This document shows, one piece after another, positions 18,484 to 28,542 of a DNA stretch of 64,000 nt. The first letter of the stretch is position 1; every line of letters starts with the position of its first letter. Source of the stretch: Sphingomonadales bacterium (lineage in GTDB: Bacteria > Pseudomonadota > Alphaproteobacteria > Sphingomonadales > Sphingomonadaceae). The position numbers were made by a program, and so were the translations under genes. Where the stretch lies: positions 2,532 through 66,531 of the forward strand of contig JAGWTB010000001.1 of the NCBI GenBank assembly GCA_028869175.1, in the 5' to 3' direction. Under the pieces are notes generated by a model that saw only the letters and a list, made by a program, of their open reading frames with translations, made no database searches and was not told the origin of the DNA.

Positions 18484-19466
18484 CGCGCCCCCAGATCACC
18501 CTTGCCCACGGTGCCGCTTGCCATTTCCAGCATCCGGTCGAGGCTCTTCTTGGCTTGCAGGCGCAGGCCTTCCTCGATGTGGACCTGCGGGGTCAGGTCG
18601 CGCAGGGCGAGGTAAAGTTTTTCGAGCGTGTTGAGCGCCATGTAGGGGCAGATGTTGCAGCTGCACTGGCCGTCGGCCCCCGGTGCGCCGATGAAGGTCT
18701 TTGCCGGCATGGCGAGCTGCATCTGGTGCATGATGTGCGGCTCGGTCGCGACGATCAGGGTGTCGCCCGGCATGGCCTTGGCGTAGTTCAGGATGCCGCT
18801 GGTCGAGCCGACATAGTCGGCATGATCGACGATGTGTGGCGGGCATTCGGGGTGCGCGGCGACAGGAACGCCCGGGTGCTGCGCCTTGAGCTTGATCAGC
18901 TCGGTTTCGCTGAAGGCTTCGTGGACGATGCATACGCCCGGCCACAGCAGCATCTCGCGGTCGAACTTGCGGCTGAGGTAGCCGCCAAGGTGGCGATCCG
19001 GTCCGAAGATGATCTTCTGGTCGCGCGGGATCTGCGACAGGATCGTTTCGGCTGAGGACGATGTGACGATGATGTCGCTCAGCGCCTTCACCTCGGTCGA
19101 GCAGTTGATGTAGGTCAGCGCAATGTGATCCGGATGCGCGGCGCGGAAGGCCTTGAACTTTTCCGGCGGGCACGAATCCTCAAGGCTGCAACCGGCATCG
19201 AGATCGGGCAGGATCACGGTCTTTTCGGGCGCCAGGATCTTGGCGGTTTCGGCCATGAATTTCACGCCGCAGAAGGCGATGACATCGGCCTTCGATTCCG
19301 CCGCCCGGCGCGACAGTTCCAGACTGTCGCCGATGTAGTCGGCCAGGTCCTGGATTTCCGGCTTCTGGTAATAGTGAGCGAGGATCACCGCGTTGCGCTC
19401 CTTGCGCAGGCGCTCGATCTCGGCGCGCACGTCGACGCCGGCGAGATTGGCAGTCATCACGGTCAT
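18480..19466 (-). CDS. nadA: Quinolinate synthase
   Basis: ILAHYYQ, FCGVKFMAETAK, AGCSL, YINCS, CIVHE, AHPEC, CPYM. Confidence 0.97.
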   Translation of the reverse strand: MTVMTANLAGVDVRAEIERLRKERNAVILAHYYQKPEIQDLADYIGDSLELSRRAAESKADVIAFCGVKFMAETAKILAPEKTVILPDLDAGCSLEDSCPPEKFKAFRAAHPDHIALTYINCSTEVKALSDIIVTSSSAETILSQIPRDQKIIFGPDRHLGGYLSRKFDREMLLWPGVCIVHEAFSETELIKLKAQHPGVPVAAHPECPPHIVDHADYVGSTSGILNYAKAMPGDTLIVATEPHIMHQMQLAMPAKTFIGAPGADGQCSCNICPYMALNTLEKLYLALRDLTPQVHIEEGLRLQAKKSLDRMLEMASGTVGKGDLGAR

Positions 19467-20194
19467 TTCGGTTCCTCTTTCGATCCGGGGGCGGCAGTGC
19501 GCCCGTGGTGCTTCATCCTTGCCAGACGATCAGCCACTTGTTCAATCGGTGTCGTGTAGTCCCAGACATCATCGTTGCGGTTGCGGCGGAAGGCGAACTG
19601 GACGTCAACCTGCACCGCCTCGATCCCCGCCGCGCGCAGCGGCGCCAGAGCATTGGCCCGCACCGCCTCCTGCGCGGCCGTGCGGGCGCGCTCCATATTG
19701 GCGGGGAGATAGGCCTGTTCGCTCGCCTTGTTCGCCAGCGCCTGCGCGGCGGCTTGCTGCAATCGCAGCCCGGCCGCGCGCGAGATATAGAGGCCAGTCT
19801 GGCTGACGGTGGCCGCGCTTTCGTCGATGTTCGGCTTGCCGACGGTCACGTCGGGAATTTCCACCACCAGCCGCTTGTGCGCAGCATCCCAGGCATAGGC
19901 GTTGCCAGCGATCTGCGAGAGGTCGATGAAATAGTCGACCGCGTAGGGTGCCTTCATCGTCTGGCTGACGTCGAGCACATGAATCAGCCCCGGATCGGTG
20001 CTGCGGGCGACCAGATCGCCGGCAATGCCCGCGACCTTGAGCTGGTTGGCGCGCGCAAAGCTCTGCGACAGCACCCGAGCGCTGTCGATACCCAGCTGCA
20101 TTTCGGCCTGATCACGCTCGCCATTGGCCCGCCAGACCAGCACGGCGGCCAGGGCGAGCACCGCGATCAGGGCAAGGACGATCCACTTACGCAT
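19463..20194 (-). CDS. Membrane-anchored protein, DUF4230-like
   Basis: N-terminal TM; VDYFIDLS, PNIDE; coupled between the MBL gene and nadA. Confidence 0.65.
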   Translation of the reverse strand: MRKWIVLALIAVLALAAVLVWRANGERDQAEMQLGIDSARVLSQSFARANQLKVAGIAGDLVARSTDPGLIHVLDVSQTMKAPYAVDYFIDLSQIAGNAYAWDAAHKRLVVEIPDVTVGKPNIDESAATVSQTGLYISRAAGLRLQQAAAQALANKASEQAYLPANMERARTAAQEAVRANALAPLRAAGIEAVQVDVQFAFRRNRNDDVWDYTTPIEQVADRLARMKHHGRTAAPGSKEEPK

Positions 20195-21062
20195 CGATCA
20201 GCCGCCACTCCTCGCCATTCTGCGCTACCACGCCGCGGGCGCGAAGGTCGATCAGGTGGGCCAGCACCGAGCGACCGGCTGCGGGCCACAACTGCGGGGC
20301 CACGCCCTTGTACATCCGCGCCACCATGGCCTCGATGGTGTGCGGCGTTTCGCCGAGCAGGTTGAGGATCTGACGCTCGCGCTGACGGCGATGGCCGATC
20401 ATGCCGCGCACCAGCTGGCGCGGCTTGGTCACTGCGGGGCCGTGCGCCGGATAGTACACCGTGTCCTCCCGGCCATGGAGCAGGGCCAGGCTGGCCATAT
20501 AGGCAGCCATGTCGCCATCGGGCGGTGAGACGACCGAGGTGGACCAGCCCATCACGTGATCGCCGGTGAACAGTGCGCCGCTTTCCTCCAGCGCGAAACA
20601 CAGGTGGTTGGAGGTGTGGCCGGGAGTGGCCAGCGCGGTCAGGGTCCAGCCGTCGCCCGCCAGTTGCTCGCCATCGGCCAGCACGCGACCGGGCGCGTAG
20701 GTGTGGTCGAACGGCGCGTCGGCGCGCGGCCCACTGTCGTCCAGCACCAGCGGCGCGCAACCGATCACCGGTGCGCCGCTGCGCGCGGCAAGCGGTGCGG
20801 CGGCGGGCGAATGATCGCGGTGGGTGTGGGTGCAGACGATTGCGGCAATCCGTGCGGTGCCGGCTGCGGCAAGGATCGCCGAGAGGTGATCCTCCTCCGC
20901 CGGGCCAGGATCGATCACTGCCACGTCGCTCCCCGCGCCGACCAGATAGGTCTGAGTGCCGGTGAACGTGAATGCGGAAGGATTGCCCGCCAGCACGCGG
21001 CGCACCAGCGGTTCGCAGGTTTCGACAAGGCCGACCGGCCAGGGCTTGGCGGGAAACTCCAT
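20187..21062 (-). CDS. MBL-fold metallo-hydrolase (LACTB2-like)
   Basis: NPSAFTFTGT, THTHRDHS, TPGHT, FTGDH, PAHG. Confidence 0.92.
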   Translation of the reverse strand: MEFPAKPWPVGLVETCEPLVRRVLAGNPSAFTFTGTQTYLVGAGSDVAVIDPGPAEEDHLSAILAAAGTARIAAIVCTHTHRDHSPAAAPLAARSGAPVIGCAPLVLDDSGPRADAPFDHTYAPGRVLADGEQLAGDGWTLTALATPGHTSNHLCFALEESGALFTGDHVMGWSTSVVSPPDGDMAAYMASLALLHGREDTVYYPAHGPAVTKPRQLVRGMIGHRRQRERQILNLLGETPHTIEAMVARMYKGVAPQLWPAAGRSVLAHLIDLRARGVVAQNGEEWRLIDA

Positions 21063-21157
21063 AGGCGGCGATATGGTGATTGCGAGGCGGCATGTCGAGC
21101 GCGCAGTCTCGACTTGGCCAGCCGCTGCGGGCAAAAGACTGGCGGGAGGGCCCAGCG

Positions 21158-22636
21158 ATGACACGTGCCGCCGATTTGATCCTGGTGCTCGACGCAGGCA
21201 CAACGTCCACGCGGGCGGTGGTTTTCACTGGTACAGGCCAGATCCTGGGGATGGCGCAGCAAGCTATCGCGCAGCACTATCCTGCGCCAGGCCATGTCGA
21301 GCATGATGCGGCGGAAATCTGGCAGGCGACGCTCGCCTGTGCCCGGCAGGCAGTGGCGCAGGCCGGCGGTGCCGGGCGGATTGCCGGCATCGGCATCACC
21401 AACCAGCGTGAGACGGTTATCGCCTGGGACAAGGCAAGCGGGCAGCCGCTGCACCGCGCGCTGGTCTGGCAGGACCGCCGTACCGCCCCGTTCTGCGATG
21501 CCCTGCGCGCCGCCGGGCATGAGCCGGCGGTGCAGGCGCAGACCGGATTGTTGCTCGATCCCTATTTCTCGGCGAGCAAGATGCGCTGGCTGCTCGACAA
21601 CAGCGAAGCGGTGCGCGCGGCGGCGGCAGGCCGGCGGCTGGCCTTTGGCACGGTAGAATCGTGGCTGGTGTGGCAGCTCACCGGCGGGCTGCACATCAGT
21701 GATGCCAGCAATGCCAGCCGCACCAGCCTGCTGCCACTGGCCGGTACTGGCTGGGATGCGGGCCTTTGTAACCTGTTCGGCGTGCCGCCGTCGGGCCTGC
21801 CCGCAGTGACAGACTGCGCCGGGCACTTCGGCGAGACCCTGCCAGACCTGTTCGGCCGGGCCATTCCGATTGCCGGCCTCGCCGGAGACCAGCAGGCGGC
21901 GACCATCGGCCAGGGCTGTCTCTCCCCCGGCGAAACCAAGGCGACCTTCGGGACCGGGGCGTTTGTCCTTGCCAACATGGGCGACAAGCTGCCCCGTTCG
22001 CGCCATCGGTTGCTCGGCACGGTATTATGCCAGCTGGGCGGCGTGCGCAGCTATGCACTGGAAGGGTCGGTCTTCGTCGCCGGCAGCCTGATCCAGTGGC
22101 TGCGGGACGGTCTGAATCTGATCGCCAGCGCGGCGGAAACGGCGGAGCTGGCGGCCTCGGTGCCGGATTCCGGCGGGGTCACCATCGTGCCGGCGCTGTC
22201 CGGTCTCGGCGCCCCCCACTGGCGACCCGATGCCCGCGCAGCGATCACCGGCATGACCTTCGCCACTACTCGCGCGCATCTGGCGCGGGCGGCGCTCGAA
22301 GCCATGGCAATGCAGACGCTGGACCTTGCCGATGCCTTCGCCGCCGATGGCGCAGCGTGGTGCAGCCTGCGGATCGACGGCGGCATGAGCGCCAACGACT
22401 GGATGGCGCAGGATCTGGCCAACATGCTGGCACTTACCGTCGAGCGTCCGGATTTCGTCGAGACCACCGCGCTGGGTGCGGCGATGCTGGCGGGACTGGG
22501 CACCGGCCTGTTCGGCTCGCTGACCGAGGCGGCAGCAGCGATGCGGGGGCCGGTACGCCACTTTGTCCCGGACATGGAGGATGATCTGCGGGCCGCACGC
22601 GTGTCCCGCTGGCGCAAGGCGCTGGCGGCAACCTGA
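21158..22636 (+). CDS. glpK: Glycerol kinase
   Basis: DAGTTSTR, ITNQRET, WQDRRT, DPYFSASK, GDQQAA, KATFGTG, DGG, ETTALGAA. Confidence 0.95.
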   Translation: MTRAADLILVLDAGTTSTRAVVFTGTGQILGMAQQAIAQHYPAPGHVEHDAAEIWQATLACARQAVAQAGGAGRIAGIGITNQRETVIAWDKASGQPLHRALVWQDRRTAPFCDALRAAGHEPAVQAQTGLLLDPYFSASKMRWLLDNSEAVRAAAAGRRLAFGTVESWLVWQLTGGLHISDASNASRTSLLPLAGTGWDAGLCNLFGVPPSGLPAVTDCAGHFGETLPDLFGRAIPIAGLAGDQQAATIGQGCLSPGETKATFGTGAFVLANMGDKLPRSRHRLLGTVLCQLGGVRSYALEGSVFVAGSLIQWLRDGLNLIASAAETAELAASVPDSGGVTIVPALSGLGAPHWRPDARAAITGMTFATTRAHLARAALEAMAMQTLDLADAFAADGAAWCSLRIDGGMSANDWMAQDLANMLALTVERPDFVETTALGAAMLAGLGTGLFGSLTEAAAAMRGPVRHFVPDMEDDLRAARVSRWRKALAAT

Positions 22637-22638
22637 CG

Positions 22639-23112
22639 CTATCGCCCTGGCGGCATCACCGCTTGCTGCAGGCGCTCGCGCAGCCGGTCTATCGCGCCGG
22701 GCGTGGCCGGATCGCGTTCGCGCCAGCCGCGGTCGATCCGCACCAGCCGGGCATAGAATCGCTCGGTCGCGGCGATCAGCGAGCGCAGGTCAACGTGGAG
22801 CAGCGCCAGCCGCTCGGGATCGGCGGTGGGATAGTCGGGTGCCAGCCGGCCATGGCGGCGCAGCTGGAATTCGGAAAGCTCGCCGGCGAAGTAGGCGCGG
22901 TGGTTCAGCAGCCAGGCGATGGCGTGCATCATCCGGGTGGTGGTGCGCAGCGCTTCGCATGACAGCGCCACCCGCGCCGCGCTTTCGCCGCGTCCGGTTT
23001 CATCCAGCCGGCCCGACAGGTCAAAGGCCGCGCGCACTTCGTCCGACAGGACAAGTGCCTCGCAATAGAGCCCTTCGATGATCCTCGGGTTTATGGTTGC
23101 CGGCTTGGTCAT
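22639..23112 (-). CDS. rcdA: DUF1465 protein, regulator of CtrA degradation-like
   Basis: LSCEALRTTTRMMHAIAWLL, and FYARLVRID helix. Confidence 0.8.
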   Translation of the reverse strand: MTKPATINPRIIEGLYCEALVLSDEVRAAFDLSGRLDETGRGESAARVALSCEALRTTTRMMHAIAWLLNHRAYFAGELSEFQLRRHGRLAPDYPTADPERLALLHVDLRSLIAATERFYARLVRIDRGWRERDPATPGAIDRLRERLQQAVMPPGR

Positions 23113-23242
23113 TCCGCTGACCCGTTAATCGCAGCGAATCCCCATTCGCAACTGCCTGTAACGCGGTTTTGCCCGGCAAATTGGCGGTGTTCCTTTCCGG
23201 TACGCTTTGCCGCCATGGCCGGCACCGGCAGGAGCGCGCAAA

Positions 23243-23440
23243 TCAGGCGATAATGTCCGGAATCAGGTAATCCTCGATCAGCGCGATCTGATCCTTCAGC
23301 TTGAGCTTGCGCTTCTTCATCCGGGCGATCTGGAGCTGGTCGGGCGTGCCGGCGGCGGTCAGGGCATCGATCGCCGCGTCGAGATCGCGGTGCTCGATCA
23401 GCAGAATCGCCAGGCGCTTGCGCATTTCCTCTTCGCTCAC
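23243..23440 (-). CDS. DUF465 (YdcH-like) small coiled-coil protein
   Basis: EHRDLDAAI...RMKKRKLKLKDQI...PDIIA. Confidence 0.9.
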   Translation of the reverse strand: MSEEEMRKRLAILLIEHRDLDAAIDALTAAGTPDQLQIARMKKRKLKLKDQIALIEDYLIPDIIA

Positions 23441-23689
23441 CGCGCCATACCTCTATTCCGGCTCCGTATTTGCCCCAGGGTTCCAGCCGCGCGACACGCC
23501 CCGAAGGACGGCTGGTCGCAGCCTTGCCCCGTTTCCGCTGAAACGAATACGGGGGTGCTTCGCAAGATAGGCTTAATGTGCTTGGATGACAATCACGCCG
23601 GTTCGAGCTTGCTCGCTGAGTCGGAGAGGCCGGAGCGGCGGATAGGGTCGAACGACCATCGTGGTCGCGCAACCAGAAGGAGTGCTCCT

Positions 23690-23845
23690 ATGGAAACTTC
23701 GCATGTCAGTGCCCTGCAGCTCAAGCACGCGGGAATCGAGCGGCAGATACAGGATGAATTGAATCGCCCCTTGCCTGACATGGCCATGGTCCAGGAACTC
23801 AAGAAGCGGAAGCTGCGGATCAAGGAGGAAATCGCCCACCATTGA
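23690..23845 (+). CDS. DUF465 (YdcH-like) small protein, divergent paralog
   Basis: AAGGAG SD; KHAGIERQI..E..RPLPD...LKKRKLRIKEEI. Confidence 0.88.
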   Translation: METSHVSALQLKHAGIERQIQDELNRPLPDMAMVQELKKRKLRIKEEIAHH

Positions 23846-24003
23846 TCGGGTGTTTCGCTGGCTGATCCGAAACTTCGGTTTCGGATTGTCCGGTACCCGC
23901 ACGAAGTCCGCCCTGCCGCGAATTTCTAGACAGATCTCTAAATACCAATGCGGACGGCGACGGGCGCGTTTTCAAACCCTGCGCTTTCGGCTAGACCGGT
24001 TGC

Positions 24004-26280
24004 ATGACCAGCGAAGCCGCCGCCGCCGCCCGCACTATCCTGACCCGCCTGCACGAAGTGATGGCGTCGCGTGCCAATGCGCAAGCGAAGCTGAACAACG
24101 TGGTCGAAGTGATCGGCGAGGGCCTCGATAGCGAGGTCTGTTCGATCTACCTGCTGCGCGAAGGGATGCTGGAACTGTTCGCGACGCGCGGGCTGGCTCA
24201 GGAAGCGGTGCACGTCACACGCATGGCGCTGGGCGAAGGGCTGGTCGGCACCATCGCCGGGCAGAGCGAAACGCTCAACCTCGCCGAGGCGACCGCCCAT
24301 CCTGACTTTTCCTATCGCCCCGAAACCGGGGAAGACAAATTCCACTCCTTCGCCGGCGTTCCCATCGTCCGGCGCGAGCGGGCGGTGGGCGTGATCTGCG
24401 TCCAGCATGTCGATCCGCGCCGCTACGAGGAAGTGGAGATCGAGGCGCTGCAGACCGTGGCCATGGTGTTGTCCGAACTGATCACCAACGCCGGGCTGGT
24501 CGATGAAGAAGAGGCGCTGCGCCTTTCCGCCGCGCAGACCGGGCCGGAGCAGGTGCGCGGGCTGACTCTGGTCAAGGGGCTGGGAAGCGGCGTGGCGGTG
24601 TTCCACCAGCCGCGCATCACCATCGAACATGTCATGGCCGAAGATACCGAGGCCGAACGCCAGCGCGTCTACCTCGCCTTCGACAAGATGCGCGAGCAGA
24701 TCGAGCGGATGGCCGCCCAGGCCGAGTTCGGCATGGGCGGCGAGCATGAGGAAGTGCTCGAGACCTACAAGATGTTCGCCTACGACGAAGGCTGGTCGCG
24801 GCGGATCAACGATGCCATCGATTCAGGCCTGACCGCCGAAGCGGCGATCGAGCGCGTGCAGCAGCGCACCCGGATGCGGATGCGCCAGATCGACGATCCG
24901 CTGCTGGCCGACCGGATGCACGATCTGGAAGACTTGGCCAACCGGCTGCTGCGCATCGTTTCGGGCCAGCTTGGCACAGCGGCGAGCCAGGGCCTGCGCG
25001 GCGACGCGATCCTGATCGCGCGCAACCTTGGCCCGGCGGAGCTGCTGGAATACGACAAGCGGCGGCTGAAGGGCGTGATCCTGGAAGAAGGTTCGCTCAC
25101 CGCCCACGTCGTCATCGTCGCGCGCGCCATGGGCGTGCCGGTGCTGGGCCGGGTGCGCAACCTGCGCGGGCTGCTGCGCGAGGGCGACCAGTTGTTGCTC
25201 GACGCCGATCAGGGCACCGCCACCATCCGTCCGGCGCAGGGGCAGGTCGAAGCCTTCGAGGCCCGCTTCGCGCGCAGCCGCGAACGCCAGGCGAGCTATG
25301 CCAAGCTGCGCGATGTCGAGCCGTTCAGCCGTGATGGCACCCGTATCACGGTGATGATCAACGCCGGCCTGCGCGACGACATGCCGAACCTCTCGCTCAC
25401 CGGGGCGGACGGCGTGGGGCTGTTCCGCACCGAGTTCCAGTTTCTCGTGTCCGCCACGCTGCCGGCGCGCGAACGCCAGACCCGGCTTTACCGCGATGTG
25501 CTCGATTCGGCAGGTGACAAGCCGGTGGTGTTCCGCACGGTCGACATCGGCGGCGACAAGGTGCTCCCTTACCTGCGCCACAATGACGGCGAGCAGGAGG
25601 AAAACCCTGCGATGGGCTGGCGCGCGCTGCGCGTTGCGCTCGAACGCGATGGGCTGCTCAAGGTTCAGGCGCGGGCGCTGCTGGAAGCGGCAGCGGGGCG
25701 AACGCTCAACGTGATGTTCCCGATGGTTTCGGAGCCGTGGGAGTTCGACGCCGCGCGCGAGGTATTCGAAAGCCAGGTGCGCTTCCTCAAGGGCCAGAAG
25801 AAGGTGCTGCCCGAAACGATCCGCTATGGTGCCATGCTGGAAGTGCCGGCGCTGGCCGAAATGCTCGACGTGCTGGCACCGCGGCTTTCGTTCCTGTCGA
25901 TCGGCACCAACGATCTGACCCAGTTCCTGTTCGCCGCCGATCGCGCCAATCCCAAGCTGGCTGAACGCTATGACTGGCTGAGCCCGGCGATCCTGCGCTT
26001 CCTCAAGCGGATCGTCACCAGTGTCGCCGGGCATCAGGTGGACGTTACGGTTTGCGGTGAAATGGGCGGGCGGGAGCTGGAAGCATTGGCGCTGATCGGG
26101 CTCGGCATCCGCCGTCTGTCGATCACTCCGGCGGCGGTCGGTCCGATCAAGGAACTGGTGCGCCGCATCGACGTGAGCGAGATTGGCGAGGCGATGAGCG
26201 GCTGGCTTGCCGCGCCGCCGCCGAACCTTCGGACCGAGCTGCAGGCATGGGCTGGTGACCGCGGCATCCTGCTCGACTGA
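24004..26280 (+). CDS. ptsP: PEP-protein phosphotransferase EI(Ntr) with GAF domain
   Basis: GAF EVCSIYLL...GEGLVG; phospho-His GSLTAHVVIVAR; GVGLFRTEF, ENPAMGWR, SIGTNDLTQF, CGEM. Confidence 0.97.
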   Translation: MTSEAAAAARTILTRLHEVMASRANAQAKLNNVVEVIGEGLDSEVCSIYLLREGMLELFATRGLAQEAVHVTRMALGEGLVGTIAGQSETLNLAEATAHPDFSYRPETGEDKFHSFAGVPIVRRERAVGVICVQHVDPRRYEEVEIEALQTVAMVLSELITNAGLVDEEEALRLSAAQTGPEQVRGLTLVKGLGSGVAVFHQPRITIEHVMAEDTEAERQRVYLAFDKMREQIERMAAQAEFGMGGEHEEVLETYKMFAYDEGWSRRINDAIDSGLTAEAAIERVQQRTRMRMRQIDDPLLADRMHDLEDLANRLLRIVSGQLGTAASQGLRGDAILIARNLGPAELLEYDKRRLKGVILEEGSLTAHVVIVARAMGVPVLGRVRNLRGLLREGDQLLLDADQGTATIRPAQGQVEAFEARFARSRERQASYAKLRDVEPFSRDGTRITVMINAGLRDDMPNLSLTGADGVGLFRTEFQFLVSATLPARERQTRLYRDVLDSAGDKPVVFRTVDIGGDKVLPYLRHNDGEQEENPAMGWRALRVALERDGLLKVQARALLEAAAGRTLNVMFPMVSEPWEFDAAREVFESQVRFLKGQKKVLPETIRYGAMLEVPALAEMLDVLAPRLSFLSIGTNDLTQFLFAADRANPKLAERYDWLSPAILRFLKRIVTSVAGHQVDVTVCGEMGGRELEALALIGLGIRRLSITPAAVGPIKELVRRIDVSEIGEAMSGWLAAPPPNLRTELQAWAGDRGILLD

Positions 26281-26399
26281 TACCGTGCCCGGTCTGCCGC
26301 TGCGACTGTCCGGAAATGGTGCATTTTCGTTGACTTTGGCCCGCTGCAAAGGTTTCTAGCGCCCGGATCGCCAATAATTACATAAAGTGCAGGACCGGG

Positions 26400-27392
26400 A
26401 TGGCCGAAGCAGACACGAACCCCGTTGAATTGCCACTGGAAACCGCAGGTTCCCGCATGCGCCGCGCGCGCGAGGCCGCTGGCCTCAGCCTGACCGACAT
26501 CGCGGCGCGTACCAAGATTCCCGAACGGTCGCTCGTTTCGATCGAGGCCGGCGACTTCGCGGCACTGCCCGCGCGCACCTATGCCGTTGGATTCTCGCGG
26601 TCCTATGCCCGGGCGCTCGGGCTGGACGAGAAGGCGATTGTCGAAAGCGTGCGCGACGAACTCAGCGGGACGGAGTCCGAATCCGATACCCGCAGCGCCT
26701 CCACCTTTGAACCGGGCGATCCGGCGCGGGTGCCCGGGGGCGGCGTGGTGCTGATTGCCGCACTGGCGGCAGTGGCATTGCTGCTGGGGCTGCTGGTGGT
26801 CTGGCGCAGCTATCTCTCGCCCGCCGTCACCCTGCCCTCGCTCTCCCCGCAGGAGAGCGCCGCACCCGCTGCCGCGCCCTCGCAGGCCGCTGGCGGTACC
26901 ACTGCTGCGCCGCAGGCTGGCGGGCCGGTAGTATTCACCGCGCTCGAATCCGGGATATGGGTCAAATTCTATGACGGGGCCGGCAACCAGTTGCTGCAGA
27001 AGCAACTGGCCCAGGGCGAAACCTATACCCTGCCTGCCGATGCGCAGGACCCGAAGATCTGGACTGGGCGGCCCGAGGCACTGTCCATCACCATTGGCGG
27101 ACAGGCGGTGCCCAAGCTGTCTGACCGGCAGATGACGATGAAGGACGTGCCCGTCTCCGCCGCCGCGTTGCTGGCGCGCGGCGCTCCGGCCCCCTCGGCG
27201 GTACCGTCTCCCGTCGTCGGCGCGGCAGCCATCATTGCACCGGCCCAGGCGTCGATGCCGCAGCATCGGACTATCGCCCGTCACGAAGCCCGGGTTGCCA
27301 CCCAGCCGGCCCCGGCACCCGCCCCGGCCGTGCCGGCTGCCGTTGCCGCCAGCGATGCCGCGCAGCCACAAGCTTCCACCGTTACGCAATGA
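26400..27392 (+). CDS. rodZ: RodZ-like protein (HTH_25, TM, DUF4115)
   Basis: AREAAGLSL..IA..TKI, TYAVGFSRSYARALGLD, single TM, WVKFYD. Confidence 0.8.
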   Translation: MAEADTNPVELPLETAGSRMRRAREAAGLSLTDIAARTKIPERSLVSIEAGDFAALPARTYAVGFSRSYARALGLDEKAIVESVRDELSGTESESDTRSASTFEPGDPARVPGGGVVLIAALAAVALLLGLLVVWRSYLSPAVTLPSLSPQESAAPAAAPSQAAGGTTAAPQAGGPVVFTALESGIWVKFYDGAGNQLLQKQLAQGETYTLPADAQDPKIWTGRPEALSITIGGQAVPKLSDRQMTMKDVPVSAAALLARGAPAPSAVPSPVVGAAAIIAPAQASMPQHRTIARHEARVATQPAPAPAPAVPAAVAASDAAQPQASTVTQ

Positions 27393-27506
27393 TCCCGGCT
27401 CGACAGGGCGCGGGCACTGCGGCATCAGCCACCGGCGGTTCATGCTGACTGTGGCGTTATGGCGTCAATACGGTATGATCGCGGCCTGACAGGAGCGGAA
27501 CTGAAC

Positions 27507-28493
27507 ATGATGACCATGGTGGGTGGCAAACGCCCCTTGCTGGCGCTGGTGCTGATGCTTGCGGGAACAGCCGTGCCGGCTATGGCGCAGGATACCGCGC
27601 AGGAGGCGCGGATGCGCCGGATCGAAGCCGAAGTGCGCGCGCTGCAGCGCCAGGTGTTCCCCGGCGACGGCAAGACCTTCACCCCGCAGGTCAGCCCCGC
27701 CCAGGCGGGTGCCACTCCCGCTGGCACGCCGGCAACCACGCCGGTGACCGACATGCTCGCCCGCATGGACGCGATCGAGGCGCAGATGGCGCGGCTTACC
27801 GCGCAGGGTGAGGAAAACGCCAACAAGCTGCGCCAGCTCGAAGCGCGCATGGCGGCCAGTGCCGGCACTGCCGCCGCTGCGCAGGTGGCCGCGACGCCAG
27901 CGCCGGTCGATACCCCCGCCGCGTCGAGCCTGACTGCGCCCAAGGCCGTAACCACGCCGGCGCCGGCACTCCCCGCGCCGCTCGTCGCCAAGCCGACGCC
28001 AGCCCCGGTGGTTGCCGCCCCGCGTCCTGCGCCCACTACGGCTGCGGCGCCGTCCTCGGCCCGCCTGGCTGCGGTTCGTGCCGTGGCCAAGCCGCAGACC
28101 GACGATGCGGGTGACGACGAATACAGCTATGGGTACCGTCTGTGGGAAGCGAAGTTCTATCCCGAAGCGCAGCAGCAGCTGCGCCTTTTCCTCGACAAGT
28201 ATCCGCGCCACACCCGCGTCAGCTATGCGCGCAACCTGCTGGGCCGCGCCTATCTTGACGATGGCAAGCCGCGCGACGCGGCCAGCTGGTTCCTGCAGAA
28301 CTATCAGGCCAACAAGCAAGGTGATCGCGCGCCGGACAGCCTGCTGTTCCTGGCGGAATCGATGGGTCGGCTCAAGGACACCAATCGCGCCTGCATCGCC
28401 ATCGCCGAATTCAGCGAGACCTACCCGCGCGAAGCCGCTGGCCGGTTGAAGGCGCAATATGACGCCACGCGCGGCGCGGTGAAGTGCAATTGA
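27507..28493 (+). CDS. cpoB: Tol-Pal associated TPR protein, CpoB/YbgF-like
   Basis: Signal peptide, coiled coil, Pro/Ala linker, TPR ...RAPDSLLFL...AC...YP, terminal KC; upstream of tilS. Confidence 0.75.
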   Translation: MMTMVGGKRPLLALVLMLAGTAVPAMAQDTAQEARMRRIEAEVRALQRQVFPGDGKTFTPQVSPAQAGATPAGTPATTPVTDMLARMDAIEAQMARLTAQGEENANKLRQLEARMAASAGTAAAAQVAATPAPVDTPAASSLTAPKAVTTPAPALPAPLVAKPTPAPVVAAPRPAPTTAAAPSSARLAAVRAVAKPQTDDAGDDEYSYGYRLWEAKFYPEAQQQLRLFLDKYPRHTRVSYARNLLGRAYLDDGKPRDAASWFLQNYQANKQGDRAPDSLLFLAESMGRLKDTNRACIAIAEFSETYPREAAGRLKAQYDATRGAVKCN

Positions 28494-28542
28494 TACGCCG
28501 CCCGCGCCCGATCCGGCGCTGACGGAGCGCTTTTCCGCTGCC

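Noticed and set aside
20187-21062. Metallo-beta-lactamase as an antibiotic resistance gene
   Set aside because: No signal peptide; LACTB2-like housekeeping type in the nadA operon.
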